Below, piece after piece: positions 28,373 through 37,669 of a DNA stretch of 64,000 nucleotides; position 1 is the first letter of the stretch; each line of letters begins with the position of its first letter. Origin of the DNA: an uncultured bacterium (GTDB lineage: Bacteria; Patescibacteriota; Saccharimonadia; Saccharimonadales; UBA4665); NCBI GenBank assembly GCA_963815935.1, contig CAWFIL010000008.1:162088-226087 (forward strand), in the 5' to 3' direction. The notes beneath the pieces were generated by a model, which was not told the origin of the DNA, made no database searches, and saw nothing but the letters and a program-made list of their open reading frames with translations. Position numbers and translations under genes: made by a program.

Positions 28373-28397
28373 AAATATTTGATACTATCAAGTATTT
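28373..28397. promoter_or_regulatory. 25-nt near-perfect palindrome, candidate MarR operator
   Basis: AAATATTTGATA-C-TATCAAGTATTT, with 11 of 12 arm positions complementary. It lies in the divergent MFS/MarR intergenic region, just upstream of the marR -10 element. Confidence 0.55.
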
Positions 28398-28406
28398 TCT
28401 GGATTG

Positions 28407-28415
28407 TGTTATAAT
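28407..28415 (+). promoter_or_regulatory. Extended -10 (TGTTATAAT) for the MarR gene; the transcript is probably leaderless
   Basis: The -10 element ends 9 nt before ATG 28425. Confidence 0.5.
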
Positions 28416-28424
28416 ACAAGTGTT

Positions 28425-28832
28425 ATGAGTATTAGTCCAGAGCAAACATGTGCCGACTTGTTCAGCTTGCTTGCTATCGTTAAGCAAAGCATTAAAGATT
28501 TGGCCGAAGACGAAGGTCTAACGCAAATGCAGGTTGCTGCTTTGTATGTCATTGATAAACAGCCCGAGATGGGTATGGGGCTTATGGCTGAGACCTTGCA
28601 CTGTGACGCCTCCAATGTGACTGGCCTTGTTGACCGTTTGGTTGTTCAGCACTTGGTAGAACGCCGTGAAAGTGAGCGCGACCGTCGGGCTAAGAAGCTG
28701 GTGGTCACCAGTAGAGGCAAGGAAATCATCGAACGGATCATGAACGCTATGCCTATACGCCTTGGGTGCGACAAGCTAACCGAACACGAGCGTGACCTTT
28801 TGCACGCTACTATCCGTAAAGTTCACGCCTAG
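28425..28832 (+). CDS. MarR family transcriptional regulator
   Basis: Winged-HTH region LTQMQVAALYVIDK...LHCDASNVTGLVDRLVVQHLVERRESERDRR. Confidence 0.88.
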   Translation: MSISPEQTCADLFSLLAIVKQSIKDLAEDEGLTQMQVAALYVIDKQPEMGMGLMAETLHCDASNVTGLVDRLVVQHLVERRESERDRRAKKLVVTSRGKEIIERIMNAMPIRLGCDKLTEHERDLLHATIRKVHA

Positions 28833-29380
28833 GCGCCGGCTTTTTGTTTGGCTGGTGTGAGCCGTAGAGTGAGGCTGCCAGTGAGCCGGTGACTTGCCAC
28901 GGCGTATAGCCCAAAAAAGAGGACGCTAAAACTCAGATCTGACACAAGCGTTGACCGCCAAAAAGGCAGGGCACGCAAAAAGCAGTCACCCAGACCTTGC
29001 CAGGTTGCCGGGTACAGACGCCCCTCTATCCAGACGCCAAAATTTGATACTACAAAGAAGATTAGCGAAGCACTAAGGGAGCCAACGGGCACTCTAAACC
29101 AGTTGGGCTTGCCCCGGAGTGAGGTGCCAAACAGACCAATCAGCAAGAAGGCCCCCCAGGTATACATAATGAGCGGGTGCAGACCGATGATCAGGTCGGA
29201 GGCGATCATAATGACTAGTGGTAGCCACAGGGCATACCGCCTGTTCATGACCGCACCCGCGAATAGGGCAATGGCGCCAATTGGCGCAAAGTTGGCAGTA
29301 TGCGGTACAACGCGCAGTATGACGCCGAGGATAATGAGCGCTAAGGCTAGTAGCGCCAGCTTGTTTACTCGAATTTCCAT
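28829..29380 (-). CDS. Multi-pass membrane protein (ECF S-component-like, DUF6580-type; tentative)
   Basis: 183 aa with 5-6 TM helices, starting ...VVPHTANFAPIGAIALFAG. It overlaps the upstream DUF4430 gene by 16 nt. Confidence 0.55.
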   Translation of the reverse strand: MEIRVNKLALLALALIILGVILRVVPHTANFAPIGAIALFAGAVMNRRYALWLPLVIMIASDLIIGLHPLIMYTWGAFLLIGLFGTSLRGKPNWFRVPVGSLSASLIFFVVSNFGVWIEGRLYPATWQGLGDCFLRALPFWRSTLVSDLSFSVLFFGLYAVASHRLTGSLTLRLTPAKQKAGA

Positions 29381-29769
29381 ACAACATTTTCTCCACCCTT
29401 TGTTTTGTACTCCCCTGCACCGATGTTCGCCATTTGTCCATCGACGTAATAGCCCCAGAATTTGCCGTCGGTGCCACCTTTGATGCCATCAATACTGTCA
29501 ACGTATTGTCCGTATTGCGAGTCTTTGGTTACGACGTTCGCCTTTTGTTTGAGCTGCTCCAAAACCGTCTTGTCGGCCTGGGCTGTGAACTGGACGACGG
29601 TGGCTGCTTTGACGGCGTGCTTAGTTACGGCTACCTGCTTCGGAGGTGTCGTGTTCGGTTTATGATTATCGACTACGTGTAGGATGCTAGCGGTTCCGGC
29701 TGTTACCAGAGCCAGTAGCACGAGCACGATCGTCATTGATTTTTTGTGGTTTGTATTTAAGTCTCTCAT
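29365..29769 (-). CDS. DUF4430 domain protein (transcobalamin-like beta domain), membrane-anchored
   Basis: N-terminal TM/signal segment. The C-terminal pattern YVDSIDGIKGGTDGKFWGYYVDGQMANIGAGEYKTKGGENVVWKF is typical of DUF4430. Confidence 0.65.
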   Translation of the reverse strand: MRDLNTNHKKSMTIVLVLLALVTAGTASILHVVDNHKPNTTPPKQVAVTKHAVKAATVVQFTAQADKTVLEQLKQKANVVTKDSQYGQYVDSIDGIKGGTDGKFWGYYVDGQMANIGAGEYKTKGGENVVWKFE

Positions 29770-29878
29770 ACCTCCATATTAATATATATAGCGTCTGGGT
29801 CAATGACAAAACACCACATGTTGTGCATTTAACGCTTATGCTCGGTGTTGCTACAATACCTGTATAAGGAGAATACAT

Positions 29879-30163
29879 ATGACGATCGAAGAGCTACTCG
29901 AAGAAGCTAAAGCCATTTGGGACGGTAAGCAGCAAAGCCTACCGCAGGTAACTGTGCTCATGGGTGTTATCTATGGTGACATCTGCAGGCAAGCCCGAAG
30001 CGGCCAAGAGGGCAAGATTGTGAACGCTGCCGAACTCAAGAAAGAACTGGGCAACATGATTTTCTCGACAGTCCGTTGGTGCAATGAACTGGGCTATGAT
30101 CCTACTGAATGTATTGAACTGGCGAAAGAGGCGCAGAAGCAGTACGTTGCATCAACTGAGTAG
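29879..30163 (+). CDS. Small MazG-like / all-alpha NTP-pyrophosphohydrolase-fold protein (tentative)
   Basis: 94 aa with GVIYGDICRQAR...ELGNMIFSTVRWCNELGYDPTECIELA. Confidence 0.45.
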   Translation: MTIEELLEEAKAIWDGKQQSLPQVTVLMGVIYGDICRQARSGQEGKIVNAAELKKELGNMIFSTVRWCNELGYDPTECIELAKEAQKQYVASTE

Positions 30164-30835
30164 TCAGGATAGTTCGGGTATGCGGAATGGCGGCGGGGTT
30201 TGCCCTGTTGGCCCGAGCCGACCGTAAATATCGGGCAGATCACGATACTGTTCATCGAGATCCAGCCCGAAGCCGATGGCCCAGGCATTTGGATCATCGA
30301 GTTCAAAACCGACAAGTGATGGCTGGTATCCGACTGTTTCGGGCGCCCTGGCGGCGGGTCTATTGAGCATAACGACCGTGGTTAGCGAGGCAGCAGCCTG
30401 TGCGCCGAGGGCGGCTTCGACGGCGGTAAGTGTGCGGGCGCTGTCGGCGATGTCCTCCACCAGCACATCATGGACCAACGGGTTTGCAGCCTGGGAGGGA
30501 TACTGTAGCCAACGCAGCTCGCGTGATGCTGTGCCGGCGTAACTCTTAACACGTATAGGATCGACCGTGATGCTGCTTGGTGCGTTTGGTGACGCGGCCA
30601 ACATGTCTGTCAGTAGATTGCTGAATTCATGAGCGCCACGAAGTACGGGGATAATGCGCACTGGTTCGCCACCAAAACGAGTGGCGAGATGCCCGACCAA
30701 CTGAGCGGTGCGGGTGTGGATAGTTGCAGCACCAATCCAGGGCTCAAATACCATATCACCCTCGTGGATACGAGGCGGCCGTTCGGCTAACAACGTCATA
30801 GGCCTATATTTAAACATGTGCCGGTCTGTTTGCAA
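30164..30835 (-). CDS. hpt: Hypoxanthine/guanine phosphoribosyltransferase-like PRTase
   Basis: PRPP motif VHDVLVEDIADSARTL. The C-terminal part VGFELDDPNAWAIGFGLDLDEQYRDLPDIY follows the Hpt pattern. The exact start is uncertain (several in-frame Met). Confidence 0.75.
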   Translation of the reverse strand: MQTDRHMFKYRPMTLLAERPPRIHEGDMVFEPWIGAATIHTRTAQLVGHLATRFGGEPVRIIPVLRGAHEFSNLLTDMLAASPNAPSSITVDPIRVKSYAGTASRELRWLQYPSQAANPLVHDVLVEDIADSARTLTAVEAALGAQAAASLTTVVMLNRPAARAPETVGYQPSLVGFELDDPNAWAIGFGLDLDEQYRDLPDIYGRLGPTGQTPPPFRIPELS

Positions 30836-30895
30836 AAATTATAAAATCAGGGTTTAACTTTGTTAGCAGGATTTGCTAGAATTGAACGAGAAGTA

Positions 30896-30972
30896 CGGGG
30901 CGTAGCGCAGCTTGGTAGCGCGCAGCGTTCGGGACGCTGAGGTCGCAGGTTCAAATCCTGTCGCCCCGACCA
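30896..30972 (+). tRNA. tRNA-Pro (anticodon CGG), CCA encoded
   Basis: Acceptor CGGGGCG/CGCCCCG and anticodon arm CAGCG-TTCGGGA-CGCTG. Confidence 0.92.
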
Positions 30973-30981
30973 AATAAAGAT

Positions 30982-31007
30982 GACCATCTTTGCGATGGTC
31001 TTTTTTA
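30982..31007 (+). terminator. Rho-independent terminator after tRNA-Pro(CGG)
   Basis: GACCATC-tttgc-GATGGTC followed by TTTTTTATT. Confidence 0.7.
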
Positions 31008-31033
31008 TTGCCAGTACCTGATACACTAGCACC

Positions 31034-31909
31034 ATGACACCACAAACGACATCGCCAGCGACCATCGACCAAGAGCGAGCGCTTGTCCGTACTCTGGCAC
31101 ACGTAGACGATGCAGCGATAGTGTTGAATGATGAAGGTTGGGATAGCCGGGCCTACATCGTGCACGACGGCCAGTATATTTTTAAGTTTCCACGATCCGA
31201 GAAAATACGGGGTAGGTACGCCGCACAGGTTGCTGCCCTAAAATTAGCCGCCGCTACGCACACGGTGCATATCCCCGAGGTCGCATGGCAACACCCAGAT
31301 AACGCCTACTTTGGCTACAAAGGTGTTCCGGGCCGGGCCGTGGGCGATTTGCTTATGACTCTGGACCAACCGGCCAAGCAGCGGATTGGCCGGCAGCTCG
31401 GCACGTTTTTGAAGCGGTTTCATGGGCTTGAGTTGCCTACGGCGCGGGACATGAGCATTACAGAAGAGATAAGCCAGTTACAAAACTGGTACGAGAAAGG
31501 GGTGGCGCTGAGCCAAGGACTGTTTGCGGCCACAGAGCAAGCCAGGCTACACGATCTGGTCTATGAGGTCTGGCCGGAACAGCTGGCGCGGCTTGGGGCC
31601 GAACAGCGCTTGTGCCACGGGGATTTCGGGTTCCGCAATATCTTTTATAGCCCTGAGGATGGCGTTGGTGTGATTGACTTTGGTGATGTCTGCCGCAGCG
31701 ATCCCGCAAAAGATTTTGTAAATCTTAACGATGAGGTAATGCTTGAGTCTGCCCTGGATACGTACGGCGACACCAGTGAGGCTATGCATCAAAAGATTGC
31801 CTTGCGCCGGGCGATGGTGCAGGTTATCAAGTTGACTGCGAGCCTTGGCAAGCAAGACAGACGGGGTACCGAGCGCGCGGTGGGCGCCATCAAATTGCTG
31901 CTTGGGTAA
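31034..31909 (+). CDS. Aminoglycoside/choline-kinase-type phosphotransferase (APH family)
   Basis: Catalytic loop [12 protein letters not shown] and metal site VIDFGDV. Confidence 0.8.
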   Translation: MTPQTTSPATIDQERALVRTLAHVDDAAIVLNDEGWDSRAYIVHDGQYIFKFPRSEKIRGRYAAQVAALKLAAATHTVHIPEVAWQHPDNAYFGYKGVPGRAVGDLLMTLDQPAKQRIGRQLGTFLKRFHGLELPTARDMSITEEISQLQNWYEKGVALSQGLFAATEQARLHDLVYEVWPEQLARLGAEQRLCHGDFGFRNIFYSPEDGVGVIDFGDVCRSDPAKDFVNLNDEVMLESALDTYGDTSEAMHQKIALRRAMVQVIKLTASLGKQDRRGTERAVGAIKLLLG

Positions 31910-31943
31910 AAAGCGGGCTTGCTGGCGGTGCTACAATGAGAGC

Positions 31944-32576
31944 ATGTTAGCTACGATTGCCGTCGTCCTAGTTACTTTTTGTATCCTTGTCTTTGCTGAG
32001 TGGCTGTCGCGGGCCAAAGAAATACATGCCGAGCTGACGCGCAAGTTAGTGCACGTAGCGGTCGGAAGTTTTGTCGCTTTCTGGCCGTTCTTTTTAAGTT
32101 GGCGGTCTATCCAGTTGCTGAGCCTGGCCTTTTTTGTAGTCGTGGCGCTCTCGGTCAAATTGAACATCTTTAGATCGATCCACGCCGTTAAGCGCAATAT
32201 GACGGGGGAGCTATTATTTGCAATTGTGATTGGCATGCTGGCGCTTATTAGCACTACCAAATGGGTATTTATGGCGGCGATGCTGCACCTGAGCATCGCA
32301 GACGGGCTCGCGGCGGTTATCGGCCTAGGGTGGGGGGATAGCAACAGCTATAAGGTGTTCGGCAAGACCAAGAGCATCGCCGGCAGCACGGCGTTTTGGA
32401 TATCTTCGTTCTGTATTCTGATTGCCTACGTAACGTTTTCACACTCAACGACCAGTTTTACTACGGTGCTCTGGCTGCCATTCTTGGCGACGGCCGCCGA
32501 GAATCTGGCCGTTCAGGGTACGGACAACTTAGTTATGCCAATGTTGATTGCCGTAGTTCTAACGAGCGGCGTGTAG
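31944..32576 (+). CDS. CTP-dependent polyprenol (dolichol/phytol) kinase family membrane protein
   Basis: ATG 31944. ELTRKLVHVAVG and IADGLAAVIG...KSIAGSTAF motifs, with about 6 TM helices. Confidence 0.65.
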   Translation: MLATIAVVLVTFCILVFAEWLSRAKEIHAELTRKLVHVAVGSFVAFWPFFLSWRSIQLLSLAFFVVVALSVKLNIFRSIHAVKRNMTGELLFAIVIGMLALISTTKWVFMAAMLHLSIADGLAAVIGLGWGDSNSYKVFGKTKSIAGSTAFWISSFCILIAYVTFSHSTTSFTTVLWLPFLATAAENLAVQGTDNLVMPMLIAVVLTSGV

Positions 32577-34430
32577 CTTTTTGTTAGCCTTAGGCTTTGG
32601 CCCGAACTTGCCATGGGCACGCAGGGAGTTGAAGATAACCACAACGTCCACTAGCTCCTGAATCGCCGCACCATAGATGGGCTTGAACTTACCAGTTGAG
32701 AAGATGAGCATCAAAGCGACGCTCATGCCGATCCCCAGTAGGATACTCTGTTGGGCGATAAAGAACGTGCGTTTGGCGATCTTCTTGCCAACGGCTAACT
32801 GGTTTAGATCGTCGAGCATAATGACGATGTCGGCAGATTCGCTGGCGGCTGTTGAGCCTCTGGCGCCCAGCGCGATGCCGAGTTCGCTCGCTGTCAACAC
32901 CGGTGCGTCGTTTACGCCGTCGCCCACAAAAACGACCGGTCGGTCGGGCAGGTCTTCAATGGCGCGGATTTTGTCGCCAGGCAGGGCCTCGGCATAGAAT
33001 TGCTTAATGCCTACCGCTTTGGCAATAGCCTTGGCGACGCGCTTGTTGTCGCCGGTGACCATCAGCATGTGCTTGACGCCCATGGAGCGGAGCTGCTCTA
33101 GTGTCTGCTTTGTTTCGGGCCGTAGTTCGTCCCGGAAGGTGATGACACCAGCCAGCCGGTTGTCGATGGCGACAAAGGCTGCGGTCGACTGGACGTCCTC
33201 GGGGTCGAACTGCTTAGGAATGTCTATGTCGTAGTCTTTCAATAAGCCCAGCCGACCTACCAATACTTCGCGGGCGCCCACTCTAGCGATTAGGCCATTG
33301 CCGGCAAGTTCGCGGACGTGCTTGGCTTTGACCAAAGGCACGTGGCCATCTTTGGCTTTATTGATGATGGCCTGGGCTAGGATGTGGTTGGAGCTTTGCT
33401 CCAGGGCAGCGGCCAAGCCGAGTACGTCAGTACGCTTAAAGCCGTTGTAGGTCATGACCTGGTCCACGACAGGCTTGCCTTGCGTGAGGGTTCCGGTTTT
33501 GTCGAAAGCAAAGGTGGTTGCCTCGGCTAACTTTTCGAGAGCACTTCCTGTCTTGATGATAATGCCGTGTTTTGTGGAGCGGCTCATGCCCGAGATGATG
33601 GCGATTGGCGCGGCAAGGATAAGTGGGCAGGGCGTTGCTACCACCAATACCTCGAGGAAGCGGATCGATTCGCCGCTAAGGGCCCAGGCAATGCCAGCAA
33701 TACCAAACGAGACCACCGTAAAGGGTATGGCATATTTGTCGGCCAGCCGCACAAACGGCGCTTGACTTTTTGAAGCTGCTTGCACCAGCTTAATAATCTG
33801 TTGGTATTGACTATCTTCGGCTGAGTGGAGAGCTTCGGCTACGATAGCGCCGTCTTGGTTGATTGAGCCACTAAGGATGTCTTGGCCTACTTGCTTGACG
33901 ACGGGCAGGCTTTCGCCGGTTAGGCTTGATTCGTCAAAGCCTGCGGTGCCTTCCAAGATGCGGGCATCCACTGGTACGACTTCACCCGGCTTAATGACAA
34001 TCTTGTCACCAGTCTTAACTTCGCTAACTTTAACTTCGATCTCGCGGGTGCCGCGCAAGATGCGGGCCTTTTGCGGGGAACGGGTAAGTAGGGCGTCAAG
34101 CTCGCGTTTGGCACGATGTTCGGCATAGTCCTCCAATGATTCACCGCCCGTGAGCATCAGTACGATCACCATACCAGCCCAATATTCATGCATCACAATT
34201 GATGCGACTATAGCGGTTGCGGCCAATATATCGACACCATATTTGCCTTGGCGTAGATCGTCGACCATCCCCCAGAGCAACGGGAGTACCTCGCTACCAG
34301 CTACAACAATGAGTATCCAGTGCGCAGCGGTGTCGAGGCCGTACATGTCAAACACCAACGCTATAATTGATGTAATGAGTGCCAACGCAAATAGGCGGTA
34401 CTCACGAATAAAGTGCAAGAGCTTCTTCAT
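32559..34430 (-). CDS. P1B-type heavy-metal ATPase with a TPCP transmembrane motif and no N-terminal metal-binding domain
   Basis: DKTGTLT phosphorylation site, TGES actuator motif (LTGESLP), VGDGVNDAP, and ATPCPLILAAP in the metal-binding TM helix. Start at ATG 34430. Confidence 0.9.
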   Translation of the reverse strand: MKKLLHFIREYRLFALALITSIIALVFDMYGLDTAAHWILIVVAGSEVLPLLWGMVDDLRQGKYGVDILAATAIVASIVMHEYWAGMVIVLMLTGGESLEDYAEHRAKRELDALLTRSPQKARILRGTREIEVKVSEVKTGDKIVIKPGEVVPVDARILEGTAGFDESSLTGESLPVVKQVGQDILSGSINQDGAIVAEALHSAEDSQYQQIIKLVQAASKSQAPFVRLADKYAIPFTVVSFGIAGIAWALSGESIRFLEVLVVATPCPLILAAPIAIISGMSRSTKHGIIIKTGSALEKLAEATTFAFDKTGTLTQGKPVVDQVMTYNGFKRTDVLGLAAALEQSSNHILAQAIINKAKDGHVPLVKAKHVRELAGNGLIARVGAREVLVGRLGLLKDYDIDIPKQFDPEDVQSTAAFVAIDNRLAGVITFRDELRPETKQTLEQLRSMGVKHMLMVTGDNKRVAKAIAKAVGIKQFYAEALPGDKIRAIEDLPDRPVVFVGDGVNDAPVLTASELGIALGARGSTAASESADIVIMLDDLNQLAVGKKIAKRTFFIAQQSILLGIGMSVALMLIFSTGKFKPIYGAAIQELVDVVVIFNSLRAHGKFGPKPKANKKLHAAR

Positions 34431-34479
34431 ATGCGTTCCGAATCCTTTATATGTCCTTACGGCTAAGTATAGCAAGAAC

Positions 34480-35742
34480 CTACTCTTGCTTCATGGGGAA
34501 CCACTGAAAGCTATCTATGTAAGCCTGGATGCCCGAGCCAGGTGTTACGTAGACTTGGAGCCGGGCTTTGTGTACCTGTGACGATGTCGGTGTGTAGGCG
34601 AAGTTTATGTTTTCGGCGAATGCGGTAGTTTCGGTTTTTTTCCACTGACCAGATAGCCACCTTCCCTGATCGTCAAATTCGTCTATGTAATAGCCAACTT
34701 CGCCTGCGGCTATCTTTGTGACATTCAAGAATGATTTGACCATGTATGTATTGCGGGCATCAACGTCGATCGGTGGCGCAAACACATGCACCGATTTACC
34801 GCCGGCTGTTAGTAGGAGTGAATTTTTTGGTTCCGGAAAGCTGCCATGCCCATGAGTATCATGTCGTACGCCACTTGGCGTATCGGTCGTCCACCCTTGC
34901 GAGAGGCCGGTGGAGAACCCTCCGTTGGCTAGCAGGTTGACGTTGCTAGTGACTGCTCCGTGATCGATGGTTGTCACATTGACGTTGCGTTGCTTGATAT
35001 ACGCAGCAAGCTGGTCGAGTTCGCTGGCCGCAAACTCAAAGTCATCGGGATTGATGCTGGGAGTATCCTTGATGTCGTGAAAGACAAATATTAGCCAGCG
35101 TTTGTGTGTAATGGCCTGGTCTACTAGCTGTTTGGCTTGTTGTAGCGGTGTGATGGCTTGCAACTGTTGTACGGAGAGCAGGTATTCATTGTACGGCCAG
35201 CGGTTGTCGCCCTTATCCCAGAATCCGCGGTGGGATTGGTAGTACTTGGCGCTGAGTGCAATCGTTTGGGGTGTGTAGTCGCCATATGGACTGGCAAAGC
35301 CCACGGCATTGAAACCGTGTTTTGATAATACTTGTTTACTGTTGGACATCTCTGCTTCTTGTCTGGCTGGTGAGAGGTTGGTGAGTGAGGGGTGGCTTGC
35401 GGTATGAGAGCCAATTTCCCAGTTGTACTGCTCATGTAGAGCCGTAATTTGGGCCCAGGTTAAGTAGCTTGTCCGCGGATTTGCTGGGCACGTGCCACTA
35501 GACCCGACACAGTTGGTGATGATATAGGCCGTGCCAGGGAAGTTATATTTGGCCAAGATTGGTGCTGCGCGCGTCAGGTCGCTGCTCAGCCCGTCGTCGA
35601 ACGTAAAACTTACTCGAGGCTCCGGGCTGATATTACTGACCGAAGTTGCAATAACGGTACGCATATGAGCGCCGGTCAGCACGATCGCTAGTCCGGCGGC
35701 TAAGGCTAAAAGCCGTCGTGCTATTGCGCGTCTGCCCCCCAT
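34480..35742 (-). CDS. Polysaccharide deacetylase (CE4/NodB) with a C-terminal CBM-like beta-sandwich
   Basis: Signal/TM N-terminus. CE4 motif 1 is FTFDDG and motif 2 is GSHTASH. The C-terminal NLLANGGFSTGLSQGW module is CBM4_9-like. Confidence 0.85.
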   Translation of the reverse strand: MGGRRAIARRLLALAAGLAIVLTGAHMRTVIATSVSNISPEPRVSFTFDDGLSSDLTRAAPILAKYNFPGTAYIITNCVGSSGTCPANPRTSYLTWAQITALHEQYNWEIGSHTASHPSLTNLSPARQEAEMSNSKQVLSKHGFNAVGFASPYGDYTPQTIALSAKYYQSHRGFWDKGDNRWPYNEYLLSVQQLQAITPLQQAKQLVDQAITHKRWLIFVFHDIKDTPSINPDDFEFAASELDQLAAYIKQRNVNVTTIDHGAVTSNVNLLANGGFSTGLSQGWTTDTPSGVRHDTHGHGSFPEPKNSLLLTAGGKSVHVFAPPIDVDARNTYMVKSFLNVTKIAAGEVGYYIDEFDDQGRWLSGQWKKTETTAFAENINFAYTPTSSQVHKARLQVYVTPGSGIQAYIDSFQWFPMKQE

Positions 35743-35763
35743 GCGCCCTCCCCCGTTATGTGG

Positions 35764-37521
35764 TTACTTAAGTATTGACTGAAGTTTGGCGACTGACGGC
35801 GTGGGAAGCATGCTGCTGTCCCATAAAAAGTCCTGGCCGTAGGCAATTGTGCCGTTGTCGTCTTTGTATGTATCGTACCTGTCTGATACTCCCCAGGTGG
35901 TGTAGCCAATGCAGCTTGTCTGGGAGAGACACGCTCGTAGTACTTCGCCGTACTGCTGTGCCTGCGTGCCTTGCCCGTCGTCTGAATACACGTCGTTCTC
36001 TGAGACGCGTGAGACCAATCCCAGCTTAGCGAGTTGTCTCATGTGCTGAGTTAGGACGTTGCCGTCTATACGGTCTGATGCGTCATATACATGGGTCTGG
36101 AATCCTACGCCATTGATCGGTACCCCCTCTGACTTGAGCTTTGTTACCAATTGAAGGAATGCATCCCAGCGGTCGCCGTCTTCCTCGAGCCCATATTCAT
36201 TCATGAATAGCTTGGCGCTTGGGTCGGTGGCGTGTGCGGCATTGAAGGCTTCGCCTATGTAGCTTTCACCCATCGCTTGGTACCATTTGTGTTGGCGTAA
36301 AATGTGTCCATTGCTGCTGTCGAAAGCGTCATAATCGGCTAACGGTTCGTTGACAACGTCCCATGTGGCAATCTGGCCTTTGTAATGGCCTACGACGGTA
36401 CGGATATGGTCCAGCATGACCTGCTTGACCTTGGCTTTGTCGCTGTCGGTCGCTGTCGGCAGGTCTTGTACCCAGCGCGGGTTTGCCTCTCCAAACACGA
36501 GCGTGTGTCCATGAACCGCCATGCCGTTCTTTTTGGCAAGCGCCACAAGAGCGTCGCCTTCCTGGAACGTGTACAGATTCGGCTGCGGGTGGACAAATTG
36601 CCACTTAAGCGCGTTTTCGGTAGTGAGGGCACCGAAGTTGCCACCGAATGCAACTTGGGCGTATGCGGGATCTGACACGGCGGGACCGAGTGCCATGGCG
36701 GCGCCGATGGTAAATCCTGGGCGCTTCTTGGCAGCCAGTTGCTGGAGCCCATCAGTAACAGTCGGCACCGTTTGCGTCGAACTGTCGGCGGTCGCGAGCG
36801 TTGTACCGTTGAGCGGCGTAGCTTGGAGCCCACCGAGTACCCAGCTGTTGCTTGCGCTCATACCAAACCACAGGCTTTGATCGCTGAACACCTGGCGCGA
36901 AGCAACCGAGCCGATAGTAGTACCGTCGACACCGAGCGTCAATTGTCCGTGTTCGCTGCTGACCGTAAGTTGGGTGCTGGTCTTGGGGCTGTAGGGCCAC
37001 GATTGTGTGACGACAGGGCTTTGGCCGGACCCATCCCAAAGCCGTAGCCGCACGGTGGTATCGGTCAATGTGATCTCGACGCTTTTGCGTTCGATACGAA
37101 ACTCATCGGCAATGATAGGCGTCTGTCCGTACAGTTGCAGCGTTGCGTCACCGTGCCGTTGGCCTATTTGGGCTTGTAGCTTGAAATCACTTAGCTGCGC
37201 GAGGTGTGTGCCAAACAAGTTGATGGGCGGGTTGGCTTGTCCGCCGGACCCATCCTGCTCAACAATGGCAGCATTGGTGGCGGTAATATGCAGCCCGTCT
37301 TTTTGTTTACTGCTGCCTGGTAAATATTGCCATTGGCCGGCTAGGAGGTCGGACTGCTGTTTTACGACTTGTGTCTTCTGGACTGCCTTGAGGTTGGTCG
37401 TGTCGGGCGAACGGAACATGTATAGGCCTCCCGTAATGCATGCGAGTAGTAGTAGGGTAACGACTAGGACTAGGCTAGGTCTGTAAACGGGCCGTTTTTT
37501 GAATCGGGTAGAAGTGAGCAT
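35764..37521 (-). CDS. Membrane-anchored GH10-family glycoside hydrolase with an N-terminal beta-sandwich domain
   Basis: TM helix at residues about 15-35. GH10 motifs: HGHTLVFGEANPRW, WDVVNEP (acid/base), NEYG, GFQTH, VSEND (nucleophile), TWGVSDRY. Confidence 0.85.
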   Translation of the reverse strand: MLTSTRFKKRPVYRPSLVLVVTLLLLACITGGLYMFRSPDTTNLKAVQKTQVVKQQSDLLAGQWQYLPGSSKQKDGLHITATNAAIVEQDGSGGQANPPINLFGTHLAQLSDFKLQAQIGQRHGDATLQLYGQTPIIADEFRIERKSVEITLTDTTVRLRLWDGSGQSPVVTQSWPYSPKTSTQLTVSSEHGQLTLGVDGTTIGSVASRQVFSDQSLWFGMSASNSWVLGGLQATPLNGTTLATADSSTQTVPTVTDGLQQLAAKKRPGFTIGAAMALGPAVSDPAYAQVAFGGNFGALTTENALKWQFVHPQPNLYTFQEGDALVALAKKNGMAVHGHTLVFGEANPRWVQDLPTATDSDKAKVKQVMLDHIRTVVGHYKGQIATWDVVNEPLADYDAFDSSNGHILRQHKWYQAMGESYIGEAFNAAHATDPSAKLFMNEYGLEEDGDRWDAFLQLVTKLKSEGVPINGVGFQTHVYDASDRIDGNVLTQHMRQLAKLGLVSRVSENDVYSDDGQGTQAQQYGEVLRACLSQTSCIGYTTWGVSDRYDTYKDDNGTIAYGQDFLWDSSMLPTPSVAKLQSILK

Positions 37522-37669
37522 ACTGCGAGTTCCTAACCGTTCTATTGTACGCTGTACGCGAAATGTTTTCCACAGGCACTAGCTATGAAATGTCGTTGTG
37601 GTTATGGCTATACGATGCTACCATTAGTCAGAATCCAGGTGAGGGTTTGTTGTATTTTCCGTTAACAGA

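Noticed and set aside
30164-30972. I considered the Hpt-like PRTase next to tRNA-Pro(CGG) as a second horizontally acquired, GC-rich island.
   Set aside because: By eye the GC content is only slightly above the neighbours. The gene is a normal salvage function for a reduced genome, and no flanking non-coding DNA or repeats are present.
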